Shown in pieces: positions 1 to 9,677 of a DNA stretch of 64,000 nt. The position numbers were made by a program, and so were the translations under genes. Location of the stretch: positions 7,251 through 71,250 of the forward strand of contig CABXEZ010000003.1 of assembly GCA_902511405.1 (NCBI GenBank). Direction: 5' to 3'. The notes beneath the pieces are model-generated. The model was not told the DNA's origin, did not search any database, and saw nothing but the letters and a program-made list of their open reading frames with translations. Position 1 is the first letter of the stretch. Every line of letters begins with the position of its first letter. This DNA comes from an uncultured Alphaproteobacteria bacterium. Its GTDB lineage: Bacteria; Pseudomonadota; Alphaproteobacteria; HIMB59; GCA-002718135.

Positions 1-195
1 CAACATTCAGATGCGAGAGTTTCAGATCAGTTAATATACAAATGGAATCACTTTAAAAAAATTCTTCATCCAATCTTATTAGAATATTACCAAGAATTGC
101 TTGATAAAAATTTTCCTATCTCAGAAAATATTCTTCAAAGAGATATAGATAATTTATTTTCTGGAAATGCTAAAAAGTATTTAGGAATTACTTAA
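1..195 (+). CDS. 3' end of a CDS cut by the window edge; C-terminus resembles amidohydrolase_2-type metal hydrolases
   Basis: Frame 1 is open from base 1 to TAA at 193-195 (...QRDIDNLFSGNAKKYLGIT*). The ending is typical of amidohydrolase_2 C-termini. It overlaps the convergent gene by 8 nt and is absent from the ORF track because the start lies outside the window. Confidence 0.35.
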   Translation, partial: QHSDARVSDQLIYKWNHFKKILHPILLEYYQELLDKNFPISENILQRDIDNLFSGNAKKYLGIT

Positions 196-955
196 CAAAC
201 TTTAAAAGATTATTAAAACTAGTTTCGATAGAAATAAAAGGATCTCCTTGACATTCATCTTGCTCTACAATGTACCACTTACATCCTGATAGCTCTGCTT
301 CCTTTATAATATTTTTTATATCTAAATTTCCATTACCTATTTCTGCATAATAACTTTCATGTTCATTTAGCATAATAAAGTCTTTTAAGTGAATTAATGG
401 CAATCTATTTTTTAATTTTTTACACCAGCTAATTGGATCATGGCCACCTTTTTGAATCCAGTATACATCTGGCTCACCTTGTATATATTTATTATCAGTG
501 TTGTTATATATCCTCTCTAAAATAATCTCCTGATTAATTTTTTGAAATTCTAATGCATGATTGTGATAACAAAGCACTTTATTTGCCTTACTAAAAATCG
601 AACCAGCTATATTTATATTTTCTATAAATTTATCAAGAACATTTATTTCAAGAAAATTCATATTTTTAGGATATGGGAGAGCAGTATAAGAGCAATTAAG
701 AATATTTAGTTTTTCTATAACCAAATCAGTATTATTAATTATTTCTTCATTGGGTTCATGAGTAGCACATATAGTTAAACCTATATCATCACACATCTTT
801 TTTATCTCTATAGGATTAATTGGTCCAATAGAACTTACCTGAATTGCATCATATCCAATTTTTTTTATTTTTTTTAATGTATTCAGAAGATCTTTTTCTG
901 TCTGACAAAAATCTCTTACAGTATAAAGTGTTAAAGCGATTTCATTTTTTTTCAT
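188..955 (-). CDS. sugar phosphate isomerase/epimerase (xylose-isomerase-like TIM barrel family)
   Basis: 255-aa ORF. N-terminus 'LTLYTVRD...KKIGYDAIQVSS' and internal 'HNHALEF' and 'LPLIHLKD' resemble the AP_endonuc_2/IolE-like TIM-barrel fold. Start shares base 955 with the upstream gene's stop. Confidence 0.7.
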   Translation of the reverse strand: MKKNEIALTLYTVRDFCQTEKDLLNTLKKIKKIGYDAIQVSSIGPINPIEIKKMCDDIGLTICATHEPNEEIINNTDLVIEKLNILNCSYTALPYPKNMNFLEINVLDKFIENINIAGSIFSKANKVLCYHNHALEFQKINQEIILERIYNNTDNKYIQGEPDVYWIQKGGHDPISWCKKLKNRLPLIHLKDFIMLNEHESYYAEIGNGNLDIKNIIKEAELSGCKWYIVEQDECQGDPFISIETSFNNLLKFVK

Positions 956-2064
956 TAATTATTACCAATCATTTTTTTTAATTTATTTTCATACTCCTCT
1001 TCATTCAATGGCAATTCTATCTCTTTTTTATCAAGTCCAGATAAAATCATAGCATTTATTAGTTCAACACTATTAATTCCTTGATCACCTGGCACGTGGA
1101 GATCTTCTTTACCTAACAAAAAGTTAGTAAAATTTTGAAGTATCCTACTGTGCTCTACATGTTGATCTTCATCATTTGGGAATTCAAATTGTAATGTCTC
1201 TACTGAGGGTTTATCAAAAAGTGTTTTTGAATTTTTTATAAAGCTAGTTGAAGTTTCTGATAATTTTTTCCAAGTTAAACAGTTATTTTCATAAATAACT
1301 AATCCATAATCTGAAGCAATTTCTAAACGATTTACTCCTGGAGTTTCACCAGTCGTTGTAGAGAAAATTCCTTTCATTCCATCATTATATTTTAAAATAG
1401 AAGTAACCTCATCTTCAACTTCAATATTATGAAAATGACCAAGCTGCATATCTGTGACAACACTATGAGGCATTCCAAATAACCACTGACATAAATCAAG
1501 TTGGTGAATACTTTGATTCATCAATACACCTCCGCCTTCACCTTTCCATGTAGCTCTCCAATCAGAAATATCATAATAATAGTTGGTCCTAAACCAATCT
1601 GTTATTGTCCATTGATAGCGGTGAATTTTTCCCAACTCTCCACTCGTAATCATTTTTTTTAATTTTATAAAAGCTGGATTTGTTCTTTGATTTAACATGA
1701 TCCCAAATTTTGAATCATAATTTTTTGAAAATTCTATAAACTCTCTGCATTGTTTAGTTGTTACCGCAAGAGGTTTTTCAATAATGATATTTATATGATT
1801 TTCTAAGGCTTCTTTTCCTAGATTTACATGAGAACGATGAGGAGTAGCTATTATTGCAACATCTATTTTTTCTTTATTGAAAAAATCAGATACATTAGAA
1901 TAGAAAGGAATATCAGCAAAATTGTTAGCAAAAGATTTATTCATATCGCAAACAGACGCTAAACAGGCATTATTGATTTTGTTTTGTAAAAGTAAATTAG
2001 CATGATTAGCACCCATGCCACCAATTCCAATGATTCCGTATCTTATAAATTTTTCCATATTCAA
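955..2064 (-). CDS. Gfo/Idh/MocA family NAD(P)-dependent oxidoreductase
   Basis: 369 aa. N-terminal Rossmann 'YGIIGIGGMGANHA', 'IATPHRSH' and 'IIIEKPLA' are hallmark motifs of the family. Confidence 0.85.
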   Translation of the reverse strand: MNMEKFIRYGIIGIGGMGANHANLLLQNKINNACLASVCDMNKSFANNFADIPFYSNVSDFFNKEKIDVAIIATPHRSHVNLGKEALENHINIIIEKPLAVTTKQCREFIEFSKNYDSKFGIMLNQRTNPAFIKLKKMITSGELGKIHRYQWTITDWFRTNYYYDISDWRATWKGEGGGVLMNQSIHQLDLCQWLFGMPHSVVTDMQLGHFHNIEVEDEVTSILKYNDGMKGIFSTTTGETPGVNRLEIASDYGLVIYENNCLTWKKLSETSTSFIKNSKTLFDKPSVETLQFEFPNDEDQHVEHSRILQNFTNFLLGKEDLHVPGDQGINSVELINAMILSGLDKKEIELPLNEEEYENKLKKMIGNN

Positions 2065-2107
2065 TTTAATTATTTAATATTTTAAGCACTATAATTACTA
2101 AATTTAA

Positions 2108-2860
2108 TTAAGATAAGATAGGATCTTTTACAGGATATATTGGTACTCCCCCTGGTGATTGTTCTGTTCCAGAGATTTCAATTGTACTTATATTGCTTCT
2201 CCATCTTGTGCTCAATGCAAACATAATTCCATCAACAATATCTCTTGGTTCAAGTAAAGTAAAACCAGACATAAATTTTTTTGCTTTTACCTTGTCATCA
2301 AAAGCTATGTTGCCAAAATTTGTTTTCGTTCTACCAGGACATATTTCAGAAACTTTTACTCTTGAACCACTTAATTCTATTCTTAAACTTTGTGCAATGC
2401 GATGAATAGCTCCTTTTTGACCACCATAAACAGTACTCATTTGTGGATACAGACCTGCTAATGAGCCCATAAGAACAACGTGACCTTTTCTTCTTTTGAT
2501 CATGCCTGGAACAATTGTTTTTAATAGATGTAAATATGACTCTAAGTTAATTTTTGTAGAAATTTCGATATCATTTCTTGAGGCCTTTAATATGCCTTCA
2601 GCTCCTCTGCCAATACCTGCATTAGCAATTAAGATATCAACTTTTAATTTTGATAAAATTTCATATATTTTATCAGTATTGGTTAAATCTAATTCAATGA
2701 TTTTAAATTTGTATTTTTTTTGTAGCTTTTTAAGTTTAGTAATATTTTTATCTAAGGCATAAACATCAATCTTTTCCTTTAAAACTCTTTTTAAAGTTTC
2801 AAGGCCTATACCATCGGCTGCACCAGTAATTAGTACACTTTTATAAATTTTATTGATCAT
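2108..2860 (-). CDS. short-chain dehydrogenase/reductase (SDR)
   Basis: 250 aa. 'ITGAADGIG' cofactor motif, 'NAGIG', and a YxxxK catalytic motif ('YGGQKGA'). Confidence 0.85.
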   Translation of the reverse strand: MINKIYKSVLITGAADGIGLETLKRVLKEKIDVYALDKNITKLKKLQKKYKFKIIELDLTNTDKIYEILSKLKVDILIANAGIGRGAEGILKASRNDIEISTKINLESYLHLLKTIVPGMIKRRKGHVVLMGSLAGLYPQMSTVYGGQKGAIHRIAQSLRIELSGSRVKVSEICPGRTKTNFGNIAFDDKVKAKKFMSGFTLLEPRDIVDGIMFALSTRWRSNISTIEISGTEQSPGGVPIYPVKDPILS

Positions 2861-2893
2861 CTATTTATTGCTATTATAGTTATTATTCTTTTT

Positions 2894-4315
2894 ATGCATC
2901 TAAGCAAACAAATAAAACAAAAAAATATTTTACCAAAATATAATATTACTGAAAAAAAGAACTGTATTTTGCATTTTGGTATCGGAAATTTTCATAGAGC
3001 ACATCAAGCTCTTTATGTTCATGAGCTATTGGAACAAAATAAAGATTTATCAATTATTGGAGTGAACTTAAGATCAAATAAAACAAAAGAAAAATTAGAA
3101 AAACAAGATTATCTCTATTCCTTAGTTGAAATATCAGATGATCAAAAAAAAATTACTATTATAAACTCAATCAAAGAAATTTTATTTGGCTTAACTGAAA
3201 AAAATAAAATAAAAAATTTAATATCATCCCCAGAAATTAAATTGATAACTCTTACGGTGACAGAAAAAGGATATCATTTTGATGAAAATAAAAATTTATT
3301 ATTAAGTGATGAAATTATTAATGATTTAAAAGATGAACAGCTCTTAACAGTAATTGGTCATTTAAGTTATGGACTAATTCAAAGATTTAAAAAAAATAAA
3401 GAAAAAATTACAATCTTAAGCTGTGATAATTTATCAGAAAATGGAAATATATTAAAAAATTTATTAAAAAGCTTTATTGAGAAAATTGAACCTGACTGTC
3501 TTGAATGGTTTAAAACTCATGTTCATTTTCCATTATCTATGGTTGATGGAATTGTGCCTAATAATAATAAAACTTCTGATTTTTTTGATCTCTCTTATAA
3601 AGACAATGCCCTTGTGGTAACTGAGCCCTACAGAGAATGGTATATTCAGTCAAAGAATTCTCAACTAAAAAATATATTAGATAATGACAATATTAATTAT
3701 GTGGATGATGTTAAATTTTATGAAAATATTAAACTCAAAATATTAAATGCTTCGCACTCAGCCATTGCATATATTGGTCATTTACTTGGATATGTTTATG
3801 TTCACGAAGCGATTAATGATGATATTTGCTATAATTTTATTTCTAATTTTTTAGATAAAGAAGTTATTCCAACTTTACCCCAAAAAAATGGTTTTGATAT
3901 AGACGGATATAAAAATAAAGTTTTAAAAAGATTCAAAAATAGTTTTATAGAGGATAAACTGTTAAGAATTGCAATGGATGGTTCTCTTAAATTGCCTATT
4001 AGAATTATTGAAACTCTTAAAATCAATAAAGAAAATACTGATTATATAAATTTGATTATTACCGCATGGCTCATTTTTATTGAGGATAGATTAGTTTTAG
4101 ATATTACTGCATTGCAGGATCCAAACAATGAATTATTCATGAGTTTTTACACTGAGAATAAAGATAATTATTTCTCACAAATATTAGATTTAAATAAAAT
4201 ATTTAATATAGAAGACAATAAAAAGAAAAATTTAAAAACTATTGTTTCGAATAATATTAATTTTATTAAGAAAAATTCCTTACGGCATTTAATGCAAGAT
4301 ATAATTAATCAATGA
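2894..4315 (+). CDS. uxuB: mannitol dehydrogenase family oxidoreductase (fructuronate/D-mannonate oxidoreductase-like)
   Basis: 473 aa. 'HFGIGNFHRAHQALYV' N-terminal motif and the length are typical of long-chain mannitol-DH family enzymes. Sits next to uxuA. The symbol is tentative. Confidence 0.7.
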   Translation: MHLSKQIKQKNILPKYNITEKKNCILHFGIGNFHRAHQALYVHELLEQNKDLSIIGVNLRSNKTKEKLEKQDYLYSLVEISDDQKKITIINSIKEILFGLTEKNKIKNLISSPEIKLITLTVTEKGYHFDENKNLLLSDEIINDLKDEQLLTVIGHLSYGLIQRFKKNKEKITILSCDNLSENGNILKNLLKSFIEKIEPDCLEWFKTHVHFPLSMVDGIVPNNNKTSDFFDLSYKDNALVVTEPYREWYIQSKNSQLKNILDNDNINYVDDVKFYENIKLKILNASHSAIAYIGHLLGYVYVHEAINDDICYNFISNFLDKEVIPTLPQKNGFDIDGYKNKVLKRFKNSFIEDKLLRIAMDGSLKLPIRIIETLKINKENTDYINLIITAWLIFIEDRLVLDITALQDPNNELFMSFYTENKDNYFSQILDLNKIFNIEDNKKKNLKTIVSNNINFIKKNSLRHLMQDIINQ

Positions 4316-5361
4316 ATATTAGTTATAAAAAAATAGAACTCTTTTTTCACAATGTTCTCATAAAAATTAAGGTTAAAAAACATGATCGAGAATTATTAAT
4401 TAGATCATTAGTTGGCTCTTCTCTTAGAGGTGTTGATAGTCATGGTATAAGGTTGTTTTCTCATTATGTTCATTGCTTGGAGCAAGGCAGGATAAAAAAA
4501 AATCCTAAGATGAAGATAATTAAAAAGCAAAAAGGAATTGCATTATACGATGCTGATGATGGATTGGGTCATGTAGCCGCTTTAAAAGCTTCTAGAATTG
4601 TATCCTCTATGGCAAAAAAAAATGGAATTGCAGCTATTGGCATTGTCAATTCATCTCATTATGGGGCGGCAGGTGTGTACTCATTAGATATAGCTCAACA
4701 AAACTGTATTGGGTTGTCTTTTACACACTCTGATCCTTTTGCTATTCCTTTTAATGGTAAATTGCCTTTTCATGGAACAAATCCATATTCATTTACTGCC
4801 CCATTAAAGAAAAATGATTATTTACATGTTGATTTTTCTTCCACATCTATTCCATGGAATAGAGTTATGAGAGCCCGCTCCAATCAAACAACTTTAAAAA
4901 AGCAAGTTGCTATAAATAAAAAAGGTGAGTTCACCCAAGATGCTTTTGAAGCTATTGGTCTGGCGCCACTTGGTGGAGAGGATTACGGATATAAAGGATT
5001 TGGTTTATCTTCATCAATAGAAATTTTATGCGGCCCCCTTATTGGAATGGCACATGGTTATCGATTATTATCAATGATTGGTCCTGATTTTAAAACTCCA
5101 AGAAAATTAGGTCATTTTTTAATAGCTATGAAAATTGATGCTTTTATTAGTAAAAAAGATTTTTTTAGAGGTATTCAATCATACATAAACGATTTAAAAA
5201 AACAAAAACCAAAGGACAAAAATAAAAAAATTCTTTATCCTGGTGAAATAGAAAAAATTACAGAAAAATATAGACTTAAACATGGCATTCCTTTTGATAA
5301 GGAATTACGAGATAGTTTTTTATTTATAGCAGAAAAATATAACTTAAAATTTAACTTATAG
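4312..5361 (+). CDS. Ldh_2 family (malate/L-lactate/2,3-diketogulonate-type) dehydrogenase
   Basis: 349 aa. 'GVDSHGIRL', 'SSHYGAAG' and 'HGTNPYSF' are characteristic of the Ldh_2 fold. ATGA overlap with the upstream gene. Confidence 0.8.
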   Translation: MNISYKKIELFFHNVLIKIKVKKHDRELLIRSLVGSSLRGVDSHGIRLFSHYVHCLEQGRIKKNPKMKIIKKQKGIALYDADDGLGHVAALKASRIVSSMAKKNGIAAIGIVNSSHYGAAGVYSLDIAQQNCIGLSFTHSDPFAIPFNGKLPFHGTNPYSFTAPLKKNDYLHVDFSSTSIPWNRVMRARSNQTTLKKQVAINKKGEFTQDAFEAIGLAPLGGEDYGYKGFGLSSSIEILCGPLIGMAHGYRLLSMIGPDFKTPRKLGHFLIAMKIDAFISKKDFFRGIQSYINDLKKQKPKDKNKKILYPGEIEKITEKYRLKHGIPFDKELRDSFLFIAEKYNLKFNL

Positions 5362-6559
5362 TTTTGATAATACCTTTAAGTTGATCAAGACCTTTCATTC
5401 TTCCTAATAGAGAGTACCCAGGAATAGTTTTACTATTTATATCATGAAGTATGGTATGACCATGATCAGGTCTCATAGGAATATTTTTAATTGGATGATT
5501 TGACTTTTTTCTTTTGTCTTCTTCTTTAAGTATTGCTTTTATAATTTTGACCATATCTAAGCTTCCTTCAAGATGATCATCCTCATAAAAATCAAGTGAT
5601 TTTCCAACATGACTTATATTTCTTAAATGAATAAAATTAATATAAGACCCATATTTATTAATAATTTTTGGTAAATTATTTTTTTTATTTACACCCAAAG
5701 ATCCGCTACAAAATGTTAAACCAATATATTTATCTTTCTTAATATTTAGCAAATAATTAATATCGTTTTCATTGGATAAAATTCTAGGTAGTCCATAAAC
5801 ATTATATGGTGGGTCATCTGGATGAATATTATAATTTAATTTATATTTTTTTATTATTGGATAAATTTCATTAATAAATTCTTTCAAATTATTTCTTAAA
5901 TCTGAATGATTTAATTCAGAAAATTGATCAATTTCATAATTTAAATCCTTTAGTGTATATTTTCTGTCATTTGCTGCCAGCCCACCTAGTAAAGCCATCT
6001 TAAGTTTTGATAATTCTTTAGAACTCATTGAGTTAAGTAACTTTTTTGCGTTAAATATTTGCTTACTTGAATATCGTAGTTTAGCATTTTTTGATTTAAG
6101 TATAAAATTTTCAAATGCACAAACATGTAGATGATTGTATTTTAATGCTTGAGATCCGTTAGGCAATTCAAAATTAAGATCAGTACGCACCCAATCAATT
6201 AAAGGCATAAAATTATAACAAATATTTGTAACTTTATTTTTTGCTAGATTTACAAGTGAGTCTTTATACTGATCTATAAAATACTTATAATTCCCTGCTC
6301 TTTTTTTTATATCGTTATGAACAGGCAGACTTTCTACTACACTCCATTTTAGAGATTGAGATTCATCAACTTTAAATGACTCAATAAATTTTTTTCTTTT
6401 TTTAATTAAATTATTTGTCCATTTTTCTCCATACTTTACGTTTGCAAGAGAGGTTACTATCCCCGTTACCCCAATCTGTCTAATTTGATTTAGCTTTGAA
6501 GGATCATGAGGTCCAAACCATCTAAATGTATGCTCCATATTACCAATAGTATGACCCAC
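5351..6559 (-). CDS. uxuA: mannonate dehydratase
   Basis: 402 aa. 'MEHTFRWFGPHDP...IRQIGVTGIVTSL' is the canonical UxuA N-terminus. The true start is probably the internal Met at 6538. Convergent 11-nt overlap with the Ldh_2 gene. Confidence 0.85.
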   Translation of the reverse strand: MGHTIGNMEHTFRWFGPHDPSKLNQIRQIGVTGIVTSLANVKYGEKWTNNLIKKRKKFIESFKVDESQSLKWSVVESLPVHNDIKKRAGNYKYFIDQYKDSLVNLAKNKVTNICYNFMPLIDWVRTDLNFELPNGSQALKYNHLHVCAFENFILKSKNAKLRYSSKQIFNAKKLLNSMSSKELSKLKMALLGGLAANDRKYTLKDLNYEIDQFSELNHSDLRNNLKEFINEIYPIIKKYKLNYNIHPDDPPYNVYGLPRILSNENDINYLLNIKKDKYIGLTFCSGSLGVNKKNNLPKIINKYGSYINFIHLRNISHVGKSLDFYEDDHLEGSLDMVKIIKAILKEEDKRKKSNHPIKNIPMRPDHGHTILHDINSKTIPGYSLLGRMKGLDQLKGIIKTIS

Positions 6560-6617
6560 AAATTTAAAGTCAATTTTTTTTTTTATTTTTTTTAAATTAA
6601 TATTGTTTTAATTTTAC

Positions 6618-6637
6618 TTATCATGCTAACATGATAA
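6618..6637. promoter_or_regulatory. perfect 8-bp inverted repeat TTATCATG-CTAA-CATGATAA in the uxuA / ABC-operon divergent region (candidate operator)
   Basis: Read directly from the sequence, about 28 nt upstream of the binding-protein ATG at 6665. Confidence 0.4.
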
Positions 6638-6664
6638 TTGAAATTAAATTTCATGGGAGGAAAA

Positions 6665-7684
6665 ATGAAAATAATATCTTCGTTATTAATTACTTTTTTT
6701 GTAATTATGTCTACTTCAGTTAAGGCTGATAGTAGCGGAACTAAAGTTGCACTAGTACCAGGTGGACCTCATCCATATTTTGCGGCATGGGAACAAGCTG
6801 GATTAGATGCAGTTAAAGATTTTGGACTAGGAAAAGCTGATTATAGAGTTCCTGCGGAATGGGATCTCAGTCAGCAAACTGAACTTATTGAAAGTTTAGT
6901 TGGTCAAGGTTATAATGCAGTACTGGTATTTCCTGGTGATGCAGTTGGAACAAATAAAATTCTTGGTGAATTAGATGATGCTGGTATTCCTACAGCAGCA
7001 CTTGCTGGTTGTGTAGAGCAACCAACTCAAGCTAAGTTTTGTTTTGGAACAGACACAGGTCATTCTGCGTACCTTGGAACAAAAGAATTAATTAAAGCTA
7101 TGGGCGGTAAAGGTAAAATTGCTCACTTTACAGGATTCTTAGTTGATCCAAATACAACTTTAAGAATTAATGCTGTTGAGCAAGCTGTAGCTGAAGCAGG
7201 CGGTGGAGTTGAAATCATTCAAGTAATTGCTGATATTGATGCTTACGAACCAGCAGATGAAAAGATTAATGCTTTTATGGCTGCTCAAGGCGCTGAAGTT
7301 GATGGTATTGTTACTACTGCTTGGGTTCCAGCTGTTGTAGCTGCACAAGCACTAACTAACATGGGTGATAAAAGAATCAAAATGGTTGGTATTGATCATG
7401 ATGAGGTTGTTTTAAAAGCTATCAAAGATGGTTTTGTTCATGGAACAATGTTGCAAAATCCTTATGGTCAAGGCTACATCGGTTCATATGTAATGGATAA
7501 AGTTAGACAAGGTTGTGAATTCAAATCAGATGCACCTTGGAAGTCTACAGCTCAAACTGATCAATTTATTGATTCAGGAACAGTCTTTGTAGATATCTCT
7601 GATGTTGATACTTATGTAATGGCTATGAGAGGAATTTCTCTAGAAATTTTAGAGACTTTTGACAGCACTTACTTGAGTTGTTAA
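6665..7684 (+). CDS. sugar ABC transporter periplasmic substrate-binding protein (CUT2 / Peripla_BP_4 type)
   Basis: The ORF track starts at TTG 6638. ATG 6665 is preceded by GGGAGG and yields a signal peptide 'MKIISSLLITFFVIMSTSVKA'. The sequence is Ala/Gly/Val-rich and visibly more GC-rich than its neighbours. Confidence 0.85.
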   Translation: MKIISSLLITFFVIMSTSVKADSSGTKVALVPGGPHPYFAAWEQAGLDAVKDFGLGKADYRVPAEWDLSQQTELIESLVGQGYNAVLVFPGDAVGTNKILGELDDAGIPTAALAGCVEQPTQAKFCFGTDTGHSAYLGTKELIKAMGGKGKIAHFTGFLVDPNTTLRINAVEQAVAEAGGGVEIIQVIADIDAYEPADEKINAFMAAQGAEVDGIVTTAWVPAVVAAQALTNMGDKRIKMVGIDHDEVVLKAIKDGFVHGTMLQNPYGQGYIGSYVMDKVRQGCEFKSDAPWKSTAQTDQFIDSGTVFVDISDVDTYVMAMRGISLEILETFDSTYLSC

Positions 7685-7696
7685 CGTTTTAATTTT

Positions 7697-7723
7697 AAGG
7701 GGGCTTTAACGCCCCCTTTTTTT
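7697..7723 (+). terminator. intrinsic-terminator-like hairpin between binding-protein and permease genes
   Basis: AAGGGGGC (7697-7704), loop TTTAAC, GCCCCCTT (7711-7718), running into a T tract that ends 2 nt before the permease ATG at 7726. Confidence 0.75.
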
Positions 7724-7725
7724 AT

Positions 7726-8712
7726 ATGAAAACTAAAATCCCTGACTTTGTAAAAACTAATCAATTTGGTTTGCTATTACTAGTTATAGTATTCATTCTC
7801 TTATTTACATTCACAACTGATGGATTTTCATCACGTTTCAATATTTATGCTTTATCAAGAGTAGTTGCTATTGACATAATGATAGGCTTGGCAATGATGG
7901 TTGTTATACTTACAGGAGGACTTAATTTATCTCTTGGTGCACTTGGTGTTTCTGCAGCAATGTTTGGTGGATGGTGTATGGAGTCAATGGGTATACCAAT
8001 TTCAATTTCAATTGTTTTAATTTTATTATTTGGCTCTTTTCTTGGATGGATTAATGGATATGTAACAGTCAAAACAGGAGTGCATAGTTTTATTGTTACC
8101 TTAGCAACAATGAGTATTTATTTTGGTTTTATGACTTTATTGACAGAGGCAGAAGCTTTTAGAAAGCTACCTGAAACTTTTACTGATTTTGGCAGCATGA
8201 AGTTATTTAATAAATATATTTCACCATTACTTTTACTTAGTATCTTTACCTGTTTTGTTTTATTTTACTTATTTAAATTTACTGACATTGGAAGAAAACT
8301 AATTGCAGCAGGTGCTAATCCTGATGCTGCAGAACTTTCAGGTATTTCAGTAAATAGGATGTTTATTTATTGTCATATGCTATCTGGTTTTTTAGCTGCA
8401 GTGGCAGGTATAATGTTGACTTCTAGAATTGGTGCGGCAATTCCATCTATGGCAGGTCATTTAGGATTTGATTGGTTACTTCCAGCTTTTCTTGCACCAG
8501 TTATAGGAGGAACTTTATTATCTGGAGGTAAGGTAACAGTTTTTGGCACTATGTTAGGTGCTGTACTCGTAACACTAATTAATAATGGTTTATATTTAAT
8601 TGATGTAGGTGAATTTTGGGTAAGGTTTTTTCTTGGACTAATACTTTTGTTCGCAGTTCTTCTTGATAGAGCAAGAGAATATTTTACATCTAAGAATTCA
8701 ATTGTTTCATGA
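7726..8712 (+). CDS. sugar ABC transporter permease (BPD_transp_2 family)
   Basis: 328 aa, polytopic and hydrophobic, with ribose/xylose-type permease architecture. Confidence 0.85.
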   Translation: MKTKIPDFVKTNQFGLLLLVIVFILLFTFTTDGFSSRFNIYALSRVVAIDIMIGLAMMVVILTGGLNLSLGALGVSAAMFGGWCMESMGIPISISIVLILLFGSFLGWINGYVTVKTGVHSFIVTLATMSIYFGFMTLLTEAEAFRKLPETFTDFGSMKLFNKYISPLLLLSIFTCFVLFYLFKFTDIGRKLIAAGANPDAAELSGISVNRMFIYCHMLSGFLAAVAGIMLTSRIGAAIPSMAGHLGFDWLLPAFLAPVIGGTLLSGGKVTVFGTMLGAVLVTLINNGLYLIDVGEFWVRFFLGLILLFAVLLDRAREYFTSKNSIVS

Positions 8713-9677
8713 ATAATTTATTAAAAAAGGATTGGTTTGGCCTTGGTCTAGTAATTATTTTAGGATCCATATTAATATCTTTTTTTAAACCAGCTTTTAT
8801 ATCTCCTTTTAATTTATATGTTTTAATGTTGAGTGTAAGTCTGATGCTTGTTGTGGCAATGTCTCAAATGATTATTATTGCTATTGGTCAGATGAATCTT
8901 TCTGTTGGTGCAATTGGAGGGCTAGTTGCTATCTCTTTTACAGGATTAATGGAGGTGTATGATGTTTCTGTTTTGCCAGCAATGTTTATAGGTTTAGGAA
9001 TAGGAATTGTCTGTGGTTTTATAAATGGATATATAACAGTCAAAACTGGAATTTCAGCTTTCATTATTACTCTTGCAACACTGTATATTTTTAAAGGTAT
9101 GAACTTAGGAATAACTGAGGCACAACCATTTTATGAAATACCTGAGTCAGTAAAATATTTTGGAAATGCAAAAATATTCGGTCCAATTCCATATTTAATA
9201 ATTATTCCTGTAATTATTACTTTCCTAATGTGGGTTTTGATGAATAGAACAAGCTTGGGTAGATATATGTTGGCTTATGGTAATAATGTCCAGTCATCTG
9301 AATTAATAGGTATTTCTTCAACAAAAATTGTTGTTTATGCTCATATAATTTCTGGCTTATTGGCGGCTATAGGGGGAATGCTTGTTGTGTGCAGATTGCA
9401 ATTAGGAACTCCTAATATTGGAGACTCTTGGTTATTACCTTCATTTGCAGCACCTGTCATTGGTGGAGCTATTTTGGCAGGAGGTAAAGTTGACGTAATA
9501 GCAACTGCTTTTGGAGTTATTCTGGTTGCAATTATTTCACAAACTTTAGTAATTTTTAAAATCGATCCATTTTTTGTACAAATATTTTTAGGTTTTATGA
9601 TTTTAATTGCAGTCTTTATAAATAGATACAGAGAGTACAGAGAAGATAGAAGAAATAAGGTTTTTTCAAATGAGTAA
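8709..9677 (+). CDS. sugar ABC transporter permease (second subunit)
   Basis: 322 aa, paralogous to the preceding permease. ATGA overlap. Confidence 0.85.
   Translation: MNNLLKKDWFGLGLVIILGSILISFFKPAFISPFNLYVLMLSVSLMLVVAMSQMIIIAIGQMNLSVGAIGGLVAISFTGLMEVYDVSVLPAMFIGLGIGIVCGFINGYITVKTGISAFIITLATLYIFKGMNLGITEAQPFYEIPESVKYFGNAKIFGPIPYLIIIPVIITFLMWVLMNRTSLGRYMLAYGNNVQSSELIGISSTKIVVYAHIISGLLAAIGGMLVVCRLQLGTPNIGDSWLLPSFAAPVIGGAILAGGKVDVIATAFGVILVAIISQTLVIFKIDPFFVQIFLGFMILIAVFINRYREYREDRRNKVFSNE

Noticed and set aside
2193-2762. Plus-strand ORFs 2193-2405 and 2496-2762 inside the SDR gene. The track lists many similar 60-110-aa antisense ORFs, e.g. 3829-4026, 7160-7348, 7845-8072, 9666-9872, 10269-10490, 10887-11126, 12546-12731, 13300-13573, 16336-16560, 18543-18734, 21999-22268, 25746-26182, 26785-26982, 35238-35435, 41115-41339, 42378-42560, 48362-48562, 50128-50364, 52485-52697, 54214-54423, 56864-57070, 58430-58618, 61088-61297 and 62642-62824.
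   Set aside because: All lie entirely within, and antisense or out of frame to, longer ORFs that have clear family motifs. Their products are low-complexity and lack motifs. They are shadow ORFs.
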